Below, piece by piece: positions 30,001-42,909 of a stretch of DNA of 64,000 nucleotides (positions are counted from its first letter, which is position 1; each line of letters opens with the position of its first letter). The notes under the pieces are model-generated. The model was not told the origin of the DNA, searched no databases, and saw nothing but the letters and a program-made list of their open reading frames with translations. Location: the NCBI GenBank assembly GCA_964016885.1, contig OZ024741.1, positions 67,642,001-67,706,000 of the forward strand, read 5' to 3'. The position numbers and the translations under genes are program-made. Source of the DNA: Eledone cirrhosa (Eukaryota).

Positions 30001-33000
30001 CACAGTGTTCTCATCCATCTCCTTCTCTCTTTGGTCATCTCACAATCTTCACATCCATCTCCTTCTCTCTTTGGTCATCTCACAGTGTTCACATCCATTC
30101 CTTCTCTCTTTGGTCATCTCACAGTCTTCTCATCTATCTCCTTCTCTCTTTGGTCATCTCACAGTCTTCACATCCATCTCCTTCTCTCTTTGGTCATCTC
30201 ACAGTCTACACATCCTTCTCCTTCTCTCTTTGGTCATCTCACAGTCTTCACATACATCTCCTTCTCTCTTTGGTCATCTCACAGTCTTCACCTCCATCTC
30301 TTTCTCCCTTTGGTCATCTCACAGTCTTCTCATCCATCCCCTTCTCTCTTTGGTCATCTCTAGCATCTCCACATCCTTCTCCTTCTCTCTTTGGTCATCT
30401 CACAGTCTTCAAATCCATCTCCTTCTCTCTTTGGTCATCTCACAGTCTTCTCATCCCTCCCCCTCTCTCTTTGGTCATCTCACAGTCTTCACACCCATCT
30501 CCTTCTCTCTTTGGTCATCTTACAGTGTTCACATCTATCTCCTTCTCCCTTTGGTCATCTCACAGTCTACACATCCATCTCCTTCTCTCTTTGGTCATCT
30601 CACAGTCTTCAAATCCCTCCCCTTCTCTATTTGGTCATCTCACAGTCTTCACATCCATCTCCTTCTCTCTTTGGTCATCTCACAGTCTTCACATCCATCT
30701 CCTTCTCTCTTTGGTCAACTCACAGTCTTCTCATCTATCTCCTTCTCTCTTTGGTCATCTCACAGTCTTCTCATCCCTCCCCTTCTCTCTTTGGTCACCT
30801 CACAGTCTTCACATCCATCTCCTTCTCTCTTTGGTCATCTCACAGTCTTCTCATCCATCTCCTTCTATCTTTGGTTATCTCGGTCTTCACATCCATCTCC
30901 TTCTCTCTTTGGTCATCTCACAGTCTTCTCATCCCTCCCCTTCTCTCTTTGGTCATCTCACAGTCTACACATCCATCTCCTTCTCTCATTGGTCATCTCA
31001 CAGTCTTCACATCCATCTCCTTCTCCCTTTGGTCATCTCACAGTCTTCTCATCCATCTCCTTCTCTCTTTGGTTATCTCACAGTCTTTTCATCCATCCCC
31101 TTCTCTCTTTGGTCATCTCTACCATCTCCACATCCATCTCCTTCTCTCTTTGGTCATCTCACAGTCTTCAAATCCATCTCCTTCTCTCTTTGGTCATCTC
31201 ACTGATTTTCATCTATCTCCTTCTCTCTTTGGTCATCTCACAGTCTTCTCATCCCTCCCCTTCTCTCTTTGGTCATCTCACAGTCTTCACATCCATCTCC
31301 TTCTCTCTTTGGTCATCTCACAGTGTTCACATCTATCTCCTTCTCTCTTTGGTCATCTCACAGTCTACACATCCAACTCCTTCTCTCTTTGGTTATCTCA
31401 CAGTCTTCAAATCCCTCCCCTTCTCTATTTGGTCATCTCACAGTCTTCACATCCATCTCCTTCTCTCTTTGGCCATCTCACAGTCTTCACATCCCTCCCC
31501 TTCTCTCTTTGGTCATCTCACAGTCTTCACACCCATCTCCTTCTCTCTTTGGTCATCTCACGGTCTTCACATCCATCTCCTTCTCTCTTTGGTCAACTCA
31601 CAGTCTTCTCATCTATCTCCATCTCTCTTTGGTCATCTCACAGTCTTCACACCCATCTCCTTCTCTCTTTGGTCATCTCACGGTCTTCACATCCATCTCC
31701 TTCTCTCTTTGGTCAACTCACAGTCTTCTCATCTATCTCCATCTCTCTTTGGTCATCTCACAGTCTTCTCATCCCTCCCCTTCTTTCTTTGGTCACCTCA
31801 CAGTCTTCACATCCATCTCCTTCTCTCTTTGGTCATCTCACAGTGTTCAGATCTATCTCCTTCTCTCTTTGGTCATCTCACAGTCTACACATCCATCTCC
31901 TTCTCTCTTTGGTCATCTCACAGTCTTCAAATCCATCTCCTTCTCTCTTTGGTCATCTCACAGTCTTCTCATCCATCTCCTTCTCTCTTTGGTCATCTCA
32001 CAGTCTTCTCATCCATCCCCGTCTCTCTTTGGTCATCTCACAATCTCCACATCCATCTCCTTCTCTCTTTGGTCATCTCACAGTCTTCACATCCATCTCC
32101 TTCTCTCTTTGGTCATCTCACAGTGTTCACATCTATCTCCTTCTCACTTTGGTCATCTCACAGTCTTCTCATCCATTCCTTCTCTCTTTGGTCATCTCAC
32201 TGTCTTCTCATCCATTTCCTTCTCACTTTGGTCATCTCACAGTCTTCTCATCTATCTCCATCTCTCTTTGGTCATCTCACAGTCTTCACATCCATCTCCT
32301 TCTCTCTTTGGTCATCTCACAGTGTTCACATCTATCCCCTTCTCTCTTTGGTCATCTCACAATCTCCACATCCATCTCCTTCTCTCTTTGGTCATCTCAC
32401 AGTCTTCACATCCATCTCCTTCTCTCTTTGGTCAAATCACAGTGTTCACATCTATCTCCTTCTCACTTTGGTCATGTCACAGTTTTCAAATCCATCTCCT
32501 TCTCTCTTTGGTCATCTCACAGACTTTTCATCTATCTCCTTCTCTCTTTGGTCATCTCACAGTCTTCTCATCCCTCCCCTTCTCTGTTTGGTCATCTCAC
32601 AGTGTTCACATCTATCTCCTTCTCTCTTTGGTCATCTCACAGTCTACACATCCATCTCCTTCTCTCTTTGGTCATCTCACAGTCTTCAAATCCCTCTCCT
32701 TCTCTCTTTGGTCATCTCACAGTCTTAAAATCCATCTCCTTCTCTCTTTGGTCATCTCACAGTCTTAAAATCCATCTCCTTCTCTCTTTGGTCATCTCAC
32801 AGTCTTAAAATCCATCTCCTTCTCACTTTGGTCATCTCACAGTCTTAAAATCCATCTCCTTCTCTCTTTGGTCATCTCACAGTCTTAAAATCCATCTCCT
32901 TCTCTCTTTGGTCATCTCACAGTCTTCTCATCCATCCCCTTCTCTCTTTGGTCATCTCTACCATCTCCACATCCTTCTCCTTCTCTCTTTGGTCATCTCA

Positions 33001-36000
33001 CAGTCTTCAAATCCATCTCCTTCTCTCTTTGGTCATCTCACAGTCTTCTCATCCCTCCCCCTCTCTCTTTGGTCATCTCACAGTCTTCACACCCATCTCC
33101 TCTCTTTGGTCATCTTACATTGTTCACATCTATCTCCTCCTCTCTTTGGTCATCTCACAGTCTACACATCCATCTCCTTCTCTCTTTGGTCATCTCACAG
33201 TCTTCTCATCCCTCCCCTTCTTTCTTTGGTCACCACACAGTCTTCACATCTATCTCCTTCTCTCTTTGGTCATCTCACAGTCTACACATCCAAATCCTTC
33301 TCTCTTTGGTTATCTCACAGTCTTCAAATCCCTCCCCTTCTCTATTTGGTCATCTCACAGTCTTCACATCCATCTCCTTCTCTCTTTGGTCATCTCACAG
33401 TCTTCACATCCCTCCCCTTCTCTCTTTGGTCATCTCACAGTCTTCTCATCTATCTCCATCTCTCTTTGGTCATCTCACAGTCTTCACACCCATCTCCTTC
33501 TCTCTTTGGTCATCTCACGGTCTTCACATCCATCTCCTTCTCTCTTTGGTCAACTCACAGTCTTCTCATCTATCTCCATCTCTCTTTGGTCATCTCACAG
33601 TCTTCTCATCCCTCCCCTTCTTTCTTTGGTCACCTCACAGTCTTCACATCCATCTCCTTCTCTCTTTGGTCATCTCACAGTGTTCAGATCTATCTCCTTC
33701 TCTCTTTGGTCATCTCACAGTCTACACATCCATCTCCTTCTCTCTTTGGTCATCTCACAGTCTTCAAATCCATCTCCTTCTCTCTTTGGTCATCTCACAG
33801 TCTTCTCATCCATCTCCTTCTCTCTTTGGTCATCTCACAGTCTTCTCATCCATCCCCGTCTCTCTTTGGTCATCTCACAATCTCCACATCCATCTCCTTC
33901 TCTCTTTGGTCATCTCACAGTCTTCACATCCATCTCCTTCTCTCTTTGGTCATCTCACAGTGTTCACATCTATCTCCTTCTCACTTTGGTCATCTCACAG
34001 TCTTCTCATCCATTCCTTCTCTCTTTGGTCATCTCACTGTCTTCTCATCCATTTCCTTCTCACTTTGGTCATCTCACAGTCTTCTCATCTATCTCCATCT
34101 CTCTTTGGTCATCTCACAGTCTTCACATCCATCTCCTTCTCTCTTTGGTCATCTCACAGTGTTCACATCTATCCCCTTCTCTCTTTGGTCATCTCACAAT
34201 CTCCACATCCATCTCCTTCTCTCTTTGGTCATCTCACAGTCTTCACATCCATCTCCTTCTCTCTTTGGTCAAATCACAGTGTTCACATCTATCTCCTTCT
34301 CACTTTGGTCATGTCACAGTTTTCAAATCCATCTCCTTCTCTCTTTGGTCATCTCACAGACTTTTCATCTATCTCCTTCTCTCTTTGGTCATCTCACAGT
34401 CTTCTCATCCCTCCCCTTCTCTGTTTGGTCATCTCACAGTGTTCACATCTATCTCCTTCTCTCTTTGGTCATCTCACAGTCTACACATCCATCTCCTTCT
34501 CTCTTTGGTCATCTCACAGTCTTCAAATCCCTCTCCTTCTCTCTTTGGTCATCTCACAGTCTTAAAATCCATCTCCTTCTCTCTTTGGTCATCTCACAGT
34601 CTTAAAATCCATCTCCTTCTCTCTTTGGTCATCTCACAGTCTTAAAATCCATCTCCTTCTCACTTTGGTCATCTCACAGTCTTAAAATCCATCTCCTTCT
34701 CTCTTTGGTCATCTCACAGTCTTAAAATCCATCTCCTTCTCTCTTTGTTCATCTCACAGTCTTCTCATCCATCCCCTTCTCTCTTTGGTCATCTCTACCA
34801 TCTCCACATCCTTCTCCTTCTCTCTTTGGTCATCTCACAGTCTTCAAATCCATCTCCTTCTCTCTTTGGTCATCTCACAGTCTTCTCATCCCTCCCCCTC
34901 TCTCTTTGGTCATCTCACAGTCTTCACACCCATCTCCTCTCTTTGGTCATCTTACATTGTTCACATCTATCTCCTCCTCTCTTTGGTCATCTCACAGTCT
35001 ACACATCCATCTCCTTCTCTCTTTGGTCATCTCACAGTCTTCTCATCCCTCCCCTTCTTTCTTTGGTCACCACACAGTCTTCACATCTATCTCCTTCTCT
35101 CTTTGGTCATCTCACAGTCTACACATCCAAATCCTTCTCTCTTTGGTTATCTCACAGTCTTCAAATCCCTCCCCTTCTCTATTTGGTCATCTCACAGTCT
35201 TCACATCCATCTCCTTCTCTCTTTGGTCATCTCACAGTCTTCACATCCCTCCCCTTCTCTCTTTGGTCATCTCACAGTCTTCACATCCATCTCCTTCTCT
35301 CTTGGGTCATCTCACAGTCTTCACACCCATCTCCTTCTCTCTTTGGTCATCTCACAGTCTTCACATCCATCTCCTTCTCTCTTTGGTCAACTCACAGTCT
35401 TCTCATCTATCTCCATCTCTCTTTGGTCATCTCACAGTCTTCTCATCCCTCCCCTTCTTTCTTTGGTCACCTCACAGTCTTCACATCCATCTCCTTCTCT
35501 CTTTGGTCATCTCACAGTGTTCAGATCTATCTCCTTCTCTCTTTGGTCATCTCACAGTCTACACATCCATCTCCTTCTCTCTTTGGTCATCTCACAGTCT
35601 TCAAATCCCTCCCCTTCTCTCTTTGGTCATCTCACAGTCTTCTCATCCATCCCCTTCTCTCTTTGGACATCTCACAATCTCCACATCCATCTCCTTCTCT
35701 CTTTGGTCATCTCACAGTGTTCACATCCATTTCCTTCTCTCTTTGGTCATCTCACAGTCTTCAAATCTATCTCCTTCTCTCTTTGGCCATCTCACAGTCT
35801 TCTCATCCATCTCCTTCTATCTTTGGTCATCTCACAGTCTTCTCATCCATCCCCTTCTCTCTTTGGTCATCTCACAGTCTTCTCATCCATCTCCTTCTCT
35901 CTTTGGTCATCTCACAGTGTTCACAATAATCTCCTTCTCTCTTTGGTCATCTCACAGTCTTCAAATCCATCTCCTTCTCTCTTTGGTCATCTCACAGTCT

Positions 36001-39000
36001 TCTCATCCATCTCCTTCTCTCTTTGGTCATCTCACAGTGTTCACATCTATCTCCTTCTCACTTTGGTCATCTCACAGTCTTCTCATCCATTCATTCTCTC
36101 TTTGGTCATCTCACTGTCTTCTCATCCATTTCCTTCTCACTTTGGTCATCTCACAGTCTTCTCATCTATCTCCTTCTCTCTTTGGTCATCTCACAGTCTT
36201 CACAATAATCTCCTTCTCTCTTTGGTCATCTCACAGTCTTCAAATCCATCTCCTTCTCTCTTTGGTCATCTCACAGTCTTCTCATCCATCTCCTTCTCTC
36301 TTTGGTCATCTCACAGTGTTCACATCTATCTCCTTCTCACTTTGGTCATCTCACAGTCTTCTCATCCATTCATTCTCTCTTTGGTCATCTCACTGTCTTC
36401 TCATCCATTTCCTTCTCACTTTGGTCATCTCACAGTCTTCTCATCTATCTCCTTCTCTGTTTGGTCATCTCACAGTCTTCTCATCCCTCCCCTTCTCTCT
36501 TTGGTCATCTCACAGTCTTCACATCCATCTCCTTCTCTCTTTGGTCATCTCACAGTGTTCACATCTATCTCCTTCTCTCTTTGGTCATCTCACAGTCTAC
36601 ACATCCATCTCCTTCTCTCTTTGGTCATCTCACAGTCTTCAAATCCCTCCCCTTCTCTCTTTGGTCATCTCACAGTCTTCTCATCCATCCCCTTCTCTCT
36701 TTGGTCATCTCACAGTCTTCTCATCCATCTCCTTCTCTCTTTGGTCATCTCACAGTGTTCACAATAATCTCCTTCTCTCTTTGGTCATCTCACAGTCTTC
36801 AAATCCATCTCCTTCTCTCTTTGGTCATCTCACAGTCTTCTCATCCATCTCCTTCTCTCTTTGGTCATCTCACAGTGTTCACATCTATCTCCTTCTCACT
36901 TTGGTCATCTCACAGTCTTCTCATCCATTCATTCTCTCTTTGGTCATCTCACTGTCTTCTCATCCATTTCCTTCTCACTTTGGTCATCTCACAGTCTTCT
37001 CATCTATCTCCTTCTCTCTTTGGTCATCTCACAGTCTTCACATCCATCTCCTTCTCTCTTTGGTCATCTCACAGTGTTGACATCTATCCCCTTCTCTCTT
37101 TGGTCATCTCACAATCTCCACATCCATCTCCTTCTCTCTTTGGTCATCTCACAATCTTCACATCCATCTCCTTCTCTCTTTGGTCAAATCACAGTGTTCA
37201 CATCTATCTCCTTCTCACTTTGGTCATGTCACAGTTTTCAAATCCATCTCCTTCTCTCTTTGGTCATCTCACAGACTTTTCATCTATCTCCTTCTCTCTT
37301 TGGTCATCTCACAGTCTTCTCATCCCTCCCCTTCTCTCTTTGGTCATCTCACAGTCTTCACATCCATCTCCTTCTCTCTTTGGTCATCTCACAGTGTTCA
37401 CATCTATCTCCTTCTCTCTTTGGTCATCTCACAGTCTACACATCCATCTCCTTCTCTCTTTGGTCATCTCACAGTCTTCAAATCCCTCCCCTTCTCTATT
37501 TGGTCATCTCACAGTCTTCACATCCATCTCCTTCTCTCTTTGGTCATCTCACAGTCTTCACATCCCTCCCCTTCTCTCTTTGGTCATCTCACAGTCTTCA
37601 CATCCATCTCCTTCTCTCTTTGGTCATCTCACAGTCTTCACACCCATCTCCTTCTCTCTTTGGTCATCTCACAGTCTTCACATCCATCTCCTTCTCTCTT
37701 TGGTCAACTCACAGTCTTCTCATCTATCTCCATCTCTCTTTGGTCATCTCACAGTCTTCTCATCCCTCCCCTTCTTTCTTTGGTCACCTCACAGTCTTCA
37801 CATCCATCTCCTTCTCTCTTTGGTCATCTCACAGTGTTCAGATCTATCTCCTTCTCTCTTTGGTCATCTCACAGTCTACACATCCATCTCCTTCTCTCTT
37901 TGGTCATCTCACAGTCTTCAAATCCCTCCCCTTCTCTCTTTGGTCATCTCACAGTCTTCTCATCCATCCCCTTCTCTCTTTGGACATCTCACAATCTCCA
38001 CATCCATCTCCTTCTCTCTTTGGTCATCTCACAGTGTTCACATCCATTTCCTTCTCTCTTTGGTCATCTCACAGTCTTCAAATCTATCTCCTTCTCTCTT
38101 TGGCCATCTCACAGTCTTCTCATCCATCTCCTTCTCTCTTTGGTCATCTCACAGTCTTCTCATCCATCCCCTTCTCTCTTTGGTCATCTCACAGTCTTCT
38201 CATCCATCTCCTTCTCTCTTTGGTCATCTCACAGTGTTCACAATAATCTCCTTCTCTCTTTGGTCATCTCACAGTCTTCAAATCCATCTCCTTCTCTCTT
38301 TGGTCATCTCACAGTCTTCTCATCCATCTCCTTCTCTCTTTGGTCATCTCACAGTGTTCACATCTATCTCCTTCTCACTTTGGTCATCTCACAGTCTTCT
38401 CATCCATTCATTCTCTCTTTGGTCATCTCACTGTCTTCTCATCCATTTCCTTCTCACTTTGGTCATCTCACAGTCTTCTCATCTATCTCCTTCTCTCTTT
38501 GGTCATCTCACAGTCTTCACATCCATCTCCTTCTCTCTTTGGTCATCTCACAGTGTTGACATCTATCCCCTTCTCTCTTTGGTCATCTCACAATCTCCAC
38601 ATCCATCTCCTTCTCTCTTTGGTCATCTCACAATCTTCACATCCATCTCCTTCTCTCTTTGGTCAAATCACAGTGTTCACATCTATCTCCTTCTCACTTT
38701 GGTCATGTCACAGTTTTCAAATCCATCTCCTTCTCTCTTTGGTCATCTCACAGACTTTTCATCTATCTCCTTCTCTCTTTGGTCATCTCACAGTCTTCTC
38801 ATCCCTCCCCTTCTCTCTTTGGTCATCTCACAGTCTTCACATCCATCTCCTTCTCTCTTTGGTCATCTCACAGTGTTCACATCTATCTCCTTCTCTCTTT
38901 GGTCATCTCACAGTCTACACATCCATCTCCTTCTCTCTTTGGTCATCTCACAGTCTTCAAATCCCTCCCCTTCTCTATTTGGTCATCTCACAGTCTTCAC

Positions 39001-40414
39001 ATCCATCTCCTTCTCTCTTTGGTCATCTCACAGTCTTCACATCCCTCCCCTTCTCTCTTTGGTCATCTCAGAGTCTTCACATCCATCTTCTTCTCTCTTT
39101 GGTCATCTCACATTGTTCACATCTATCTCCTTCTCTCTTTGGTCATCTCACAGTCTTCTCATCACTCCCCTTCTCTCTTTGGTCACCTCACAGACTTCAC
39201 ATCCATCTCCTTCTCTCTTTGGTCATCTCACAGTGTTCAGATCTATCTACTTCTCTCTTTGGTCATCTTACAGTCTACACATCCATCTCCTTCTCTCTTT
39301 TGTCATCTCACAGTCTTCAAATCCCTCTCCTTCTCTATTTGGTCATCTCACAGTCTTCTCATCCATCCCCTTCTCTCTTTGGTCATCTCACAATCTCCAC
39401 ATCCATCTCCTTCTCTCTTTGGTCATCTCACAGTGTTCACATCCATCTCCTTCTCTCTTTGGTCATCTCACAGTCTTCTCATGCATCTCCTTCTCTCTTT
39501 GGTCATCTCACAGTCGTCTCATCCATCCCCTTCTGTCATTGGTCATCCACAATCTCCACATCCATCTCCTTCTCTCTTTGGTCATCTCATAGTCTTCTCA
39601 TCCATCTCCTTCTCTCTTTGGTCTTCTCACAGTCTTCTCATCCATCTCCTTCTCTCTTTGGTCATCTCACAGTTTTCTCATCCATCTCCTTCTCTCTTTG
39701 GTCATCTCACAGTCTTCAAATCCATCTCCTTCTCTCTTTGGTTATCTCACAGTCTTCTCATCCATCTCCTTCTCTCTTTGGTCACCTCACAGTGTTCACA
39801 TCCATCTCCTTCTCTCTTTGGTATTCTCACAGTCTTCTCATCCATCTCCTTCTATATTTGGTCATCTCACAGTCTTCACATCCATCTCCTTCTCTCTTTG
39901 GTTATCTCACAGTCTTAAAATCCATCTCCTTCTCTCTTTGGTTATCTCACAGTCTTCTCATCCCTCCCCTTCTCTCTTTGCTCATCTCACAGTCTTCACA
40001 TCCATCTCCTTCTCTCTTTGGTCATCTCACAGTCTTCTCATCTATCTCCTTCTCTCTTTGGTCATCTCACACTCTTCTCATCCATCCCCTTCTCTCTTTG
40101 GTCATCTCACAATCTCCACATCAATCTCCTTCTCTCTTTGGTCATCTCACAGTGTTCACATCCATTTCCTTCTCTCTTTGGTCATCTCACAGTCTTCAAA
40201 TCCATCTCCTTCTCTCTTTGGTCATCTCACAGTCTTCTCACCCCCCCCCCTTCTCTCTTTGCTCATCTCACAGTCTTCTCATCCATCTCCTTCTCTCTTT
40301 GGTCATCTCAAAGTCTTCTCATCCATCCCTTTCTGTCTTTGGTCATCTCACAGTCTTCTCATCCCTCCCCTTCTCGCTTTGGTCATCTCACAGTCTTCTC
40401 ATCCTTCTCTCTTT
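1..40414. repeat. 40-bp tandem satellite array, about 1,000 units, left end beyond the window; 38/39/41-bp variant units interspersed
   Basis: Consensus TGGTCATCTCACAGTCTTCTCATCCATCTCCTTCTCTCTT repeats head-to-tail without interruption; 32 of 40 nt are pyrimidines on the + strand; last degenerate unit ends ~40414 (atccttctctcttt). Confidence 0.99.
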
Positions 40415-40503
40415 CATTACACCGTTCTCGACACAGTCTATTTCTGATAATTAGTTACGCAAACAGTATCAGAATTATTATTATTATTATTATTTTGCTG
40501 ACA

Positions 40504-40692
40504 GGCGGTGACTTGGCAGTATCGGTAGAGGGTCGGACGCCGTGCTTTCTAGTATAGTTACGTCCCTTTACTGTCTGAGTTCAAATCCCGTGGGAGTTAA
40601 CTTTGCTTTTCATCCTTATGGTTTCCGTAAAATAAAGTACCAGTAATGTACTGAGTAATTGCTGCCCTTGTGTCAAAAGTAGAAACTATTAT
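40504..40692 (+). mobile_element. tRNA-derived SINE (octopus-type) with an internal deletion
   Basis: A-box-like TGGCAGTATCGG, B-box GAGTTCAAATCC, body ctttgc(c/t)tttcatccttatg...aaaataaagtaccagtaatgtactg, (TAT)n tail; related copies at 41217 and 62288. Confidence 0.85.
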
Positions 40693-40699
40693 TATTTTA

Positions 40700-40828
40700 C
40701 TGGGGTTAGCTTTGCCACTCATCCTTACGAGGTCAATAACATATGTACTAGTAATGCACTGGGGTCAACTTAATCGACTTCCCCCAGCCCCAAAATTGCT
40801 AGCCTTGTGCCTATAGTAGAAACCATTA
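40700..40828 (+). mobile_element. 5'-truncated SINE of the same family
   Basis: ttagctttgccactcatccttacgaggtcaataa...ctggggtcaacttaatcgactt...aaattgctagccttgtgcctatagtagaaac matches the 3' half of the copy at 41217. Confidence 0.8.
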
Positions 40829-40840
40829 TGTTTAATATTT

Positions 40841-40980
40841 GTAGTGGTAGTAGTAGTAGCAACAGCAGCAGCAATAGCAACAACAGTAGTAGTAGTAGTA
40901 GTAGCAGCAGTAGTAGCATCAGCAGCAGCATCAGCAGCAGCAGCAGTAGCAGCAGTAGCAGCAGTAGTAGTAGTAGTAGT
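40841..40980. repeat. compound (GTA)n/(GCA)n trinucleotide microsatellite
   Basis: Alternating gtagtagta and gcagcagca runs; this explains the spurious poly-V/A ORF 40844..41038. Confidence 0.95.
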
Positions 40981-41216
40981 TAATTTAATGTTTATAAGAA
41001 GAATTAATCCTTACTACAATTTGAGGAGAACTTGCTAACCATCATGGTGTAAATGTTAGTGATAGTTTAGTATTTGAGGATGACTACTTCCTCTCTCTGT
41101 TCTCTTATATGTTTGGTTTGCAGGAATTTGCTGCTCCCCCAGGCCCACCTCCTCGTGACCTATGAGAGTTTTCTAAGAAATGTGAGATTGACACTGTTGA
41201 TGGTTTTATTAATCAA

Positions 41217-41438
41217 GGGCAGTGGATTGGCAGTATCGGTGGAGCGTCGGACAATACGCTTTGCGGCATAGAGTTACACACCTTTACGTTCTGAGTTCAA
41301 ATCCTGCTGAGGTTAGCTTTGCCTTTCATCCTTACGGCGTCGATAAAATAATGTACCAGTAACGTACTGGGGTCGATTCAATCGACTTTCCCTTCTTCCA
41401 AATTACTGGCCTGGTGCCTATACTAGAAATCATTATTA
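41217..41438 (+). mobile_element. near full-length tRNA-derived SINE
   Basis: TGGCAGTATCGG A-box, GAGTTCAAATCC B-box, ggggtcgattcaatcgactt hairpin, tail tagaaatcattatta. Confidence 0.85.
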
Positions 41439-41469
41439 CTAATCTGTGACGAACGTGTTACTTCTTTTC

Positions 41470-41551
41470 AAGTAATGAATTGGTGTCAATTTAATCGACT
41501 TTTCCCTCCCCAAAGGTTGCTGGCCTTCTGCCTAACAGTAGAAACAATTAA
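41470..41551 (+). mobile_element. SINE 3' fragment
   Basis: gtcaatttaatcgactt...ccccaaaggttgctggccttctgcctaacagtagaaacaatta matches the family 3' end. Confidence 0.7.
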
Positions 41552-41609
41552 TCAGCAGTAATTTGGTGACTGCAGGAATATAGTCAAGACGAAGGACTGA
41601 CAAAATATC

Positions 41610-41965
41610 ATGAAAGTAACTACATATGAAGAGCAACTGTCTCTATTGCTATTGGACATCCATCGGTTTCGACGATTAGTGTTCCAGTTTTTCTTTTATC
41701 AACAGAAGAGCCTGATCATGAAATTAATGTACACGAAGCCAAGCATTCGTTAAACACGTGAATCCTCAACGCAATTCTCAGAAACAATTAGAGTGATACT
41801 TTTTGTGACAAAGCTCGCCTTTTGGTTTACAGGCGCAAATCACGTTTTGACCGCTGAGTGGAAGGAACAACGTGAAATAAAGTGTTTTGCTGAAGGTCAC
41901 AACACGTCTCTTGAAATCTAACTAATGACTTTATGATCGTGTGCTGAACACCCTCACCACTGAAA
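41610..41965 (-). mobile_element. degenerate SINE of a second family with a CORE/V-like central motif
   Basis: ggaacaacgtgaaataaagtgttttgctgaaggtcacaacacg is the reverse complement of the tgtgttcttgagcaaaacatttcattccacgt motif in the + copy at 42121; boundaries approximate. Confidence 0.65.
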
Positions 41966-42120
41966 CTCGCACCTTTACTAGATGTCGCAGTAGTCACAAT
42001 AGAAGGGCAGCGGAGACAGAACATGTATGGATCAGAGTTCAAAATGTGTCTGTCAACAACTTCACACTAATTGATGGATTGGCCTTTTTACCATTAATGT
42101 AACAATATAGCAATCTATGT

Positions 42121-42345
42121 GGAGGCGCATGGCCTAGTGGTAAAGATGTTGGACTTGCAATCATAATGTCGTGGGATCGATACCTGGGCTGAGTTGCGTG
42201 CTGTGTTCTTGAGCAAAACATTTCATTCCACGTTTCTCCAGTATACTCAGCTGAAAAAAAAATGAGCACCAGCAATAGCTGCGTGTTTAACCCTGCGATG
42301 GACTGCGATGGACTGACGTGTATATTCAGAGTGTCATTGTCCCGT
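42121..42345 (+). mobile_element. tRNA-derived SINE, second family (5' half)
   Basis: A-box TGGCCTAGTGG, B-box GGATCGATACC, then tgtgttcttgagcaaaacatttcattccacg and aaccctgcgatggactg. Confidence 0.8.
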
Positions 42346-42607
42346 GTTCCCCCTTCTATCGTTATGTTTACTTCGTTTTTTCCTTTTTTCTTCTTCTCTT
42401 TTTTCTTTCTTTCTCTCTCTTCTTGCTATCACTTCTTTCCATCATGGCTTTTTGATAGTTAACAGGCATAGGCTTTTAACTATAGATCGATGTTCTGTTT
42501 ATAATGCGCCGAAACATCCATATCCCATGTTAAACAGCTTTATCGCTTTATCTTCTAACACTCGTTATCAGTAACCTTACAGCCTCGCCTTCCTCCACCC
42601 ATAGTTT

Positions 42608-42609
<2 letters not shown>

Positions 42610-42650
<41 letters not shown>
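42610..42650. repeat. (TA)n microsatellite; others at ~42843, 43320, 45800, 46115, 49048, 50413, 51938, 57722, 59365, 60464, 61339, 61740, 63702 and 63943
   Basis: Directly visible. Confidence 0.98.
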
Positions 42651-42652
<2 letters not shown>

Positions 42653-42841
42653 TTGAGTTTTCACTGCTCTAATATTACGGGTATGTGGTTAGAATATCGG
42701 GAAAGAATCCCAGGACAGACTTTGGGGGAGGGGGAGGACAAAAGCAACCGACAGGAGGCCCAGAGGTAGACCCAAGCCAAGTTGGAACGACACTCGGCCG
42801 GTATCGCTTGGGGATCGAGTCGGATCAATTGGAGACGATTG

Positions 42842-42878
<37 letters not shown>

Positions 42879-42909
42879 ATGTTTAAAAGGTAACACACCA
42901 GAGAGAGAT

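Noticed and set aside
1-40414. CRISPR-like or coded repeat-spacer array
   Set aside because: The variable part differs only by a few substitutions; there are no unique spacers, leader or cas genes, and the context is eukaryotic.
1-40414. Minus-strand charged protein with TGA read-through or selenocysteine
   Set aside because: Three TGA per unit occur in shifting frames, with no SECIS candidate or frame preservation.
36-40557. Dozens of long overlapping + strand ORFs (up to 1,670 aa; S/L/H/F-rich) in all three frames
   Set aside because: The 40-mer has no stop codon or ATG on +, and 40 is not a multiple of 3, so all frames give the same 40-aa cycle. Starts are TTG and the 38/39/41-bp units shift frames freely, so there is no sign of coding constraint.
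40504-42345. tRNA genes
   Set aside because: A and B boxes continue into SINE bodies and do not form full cloverleaves.
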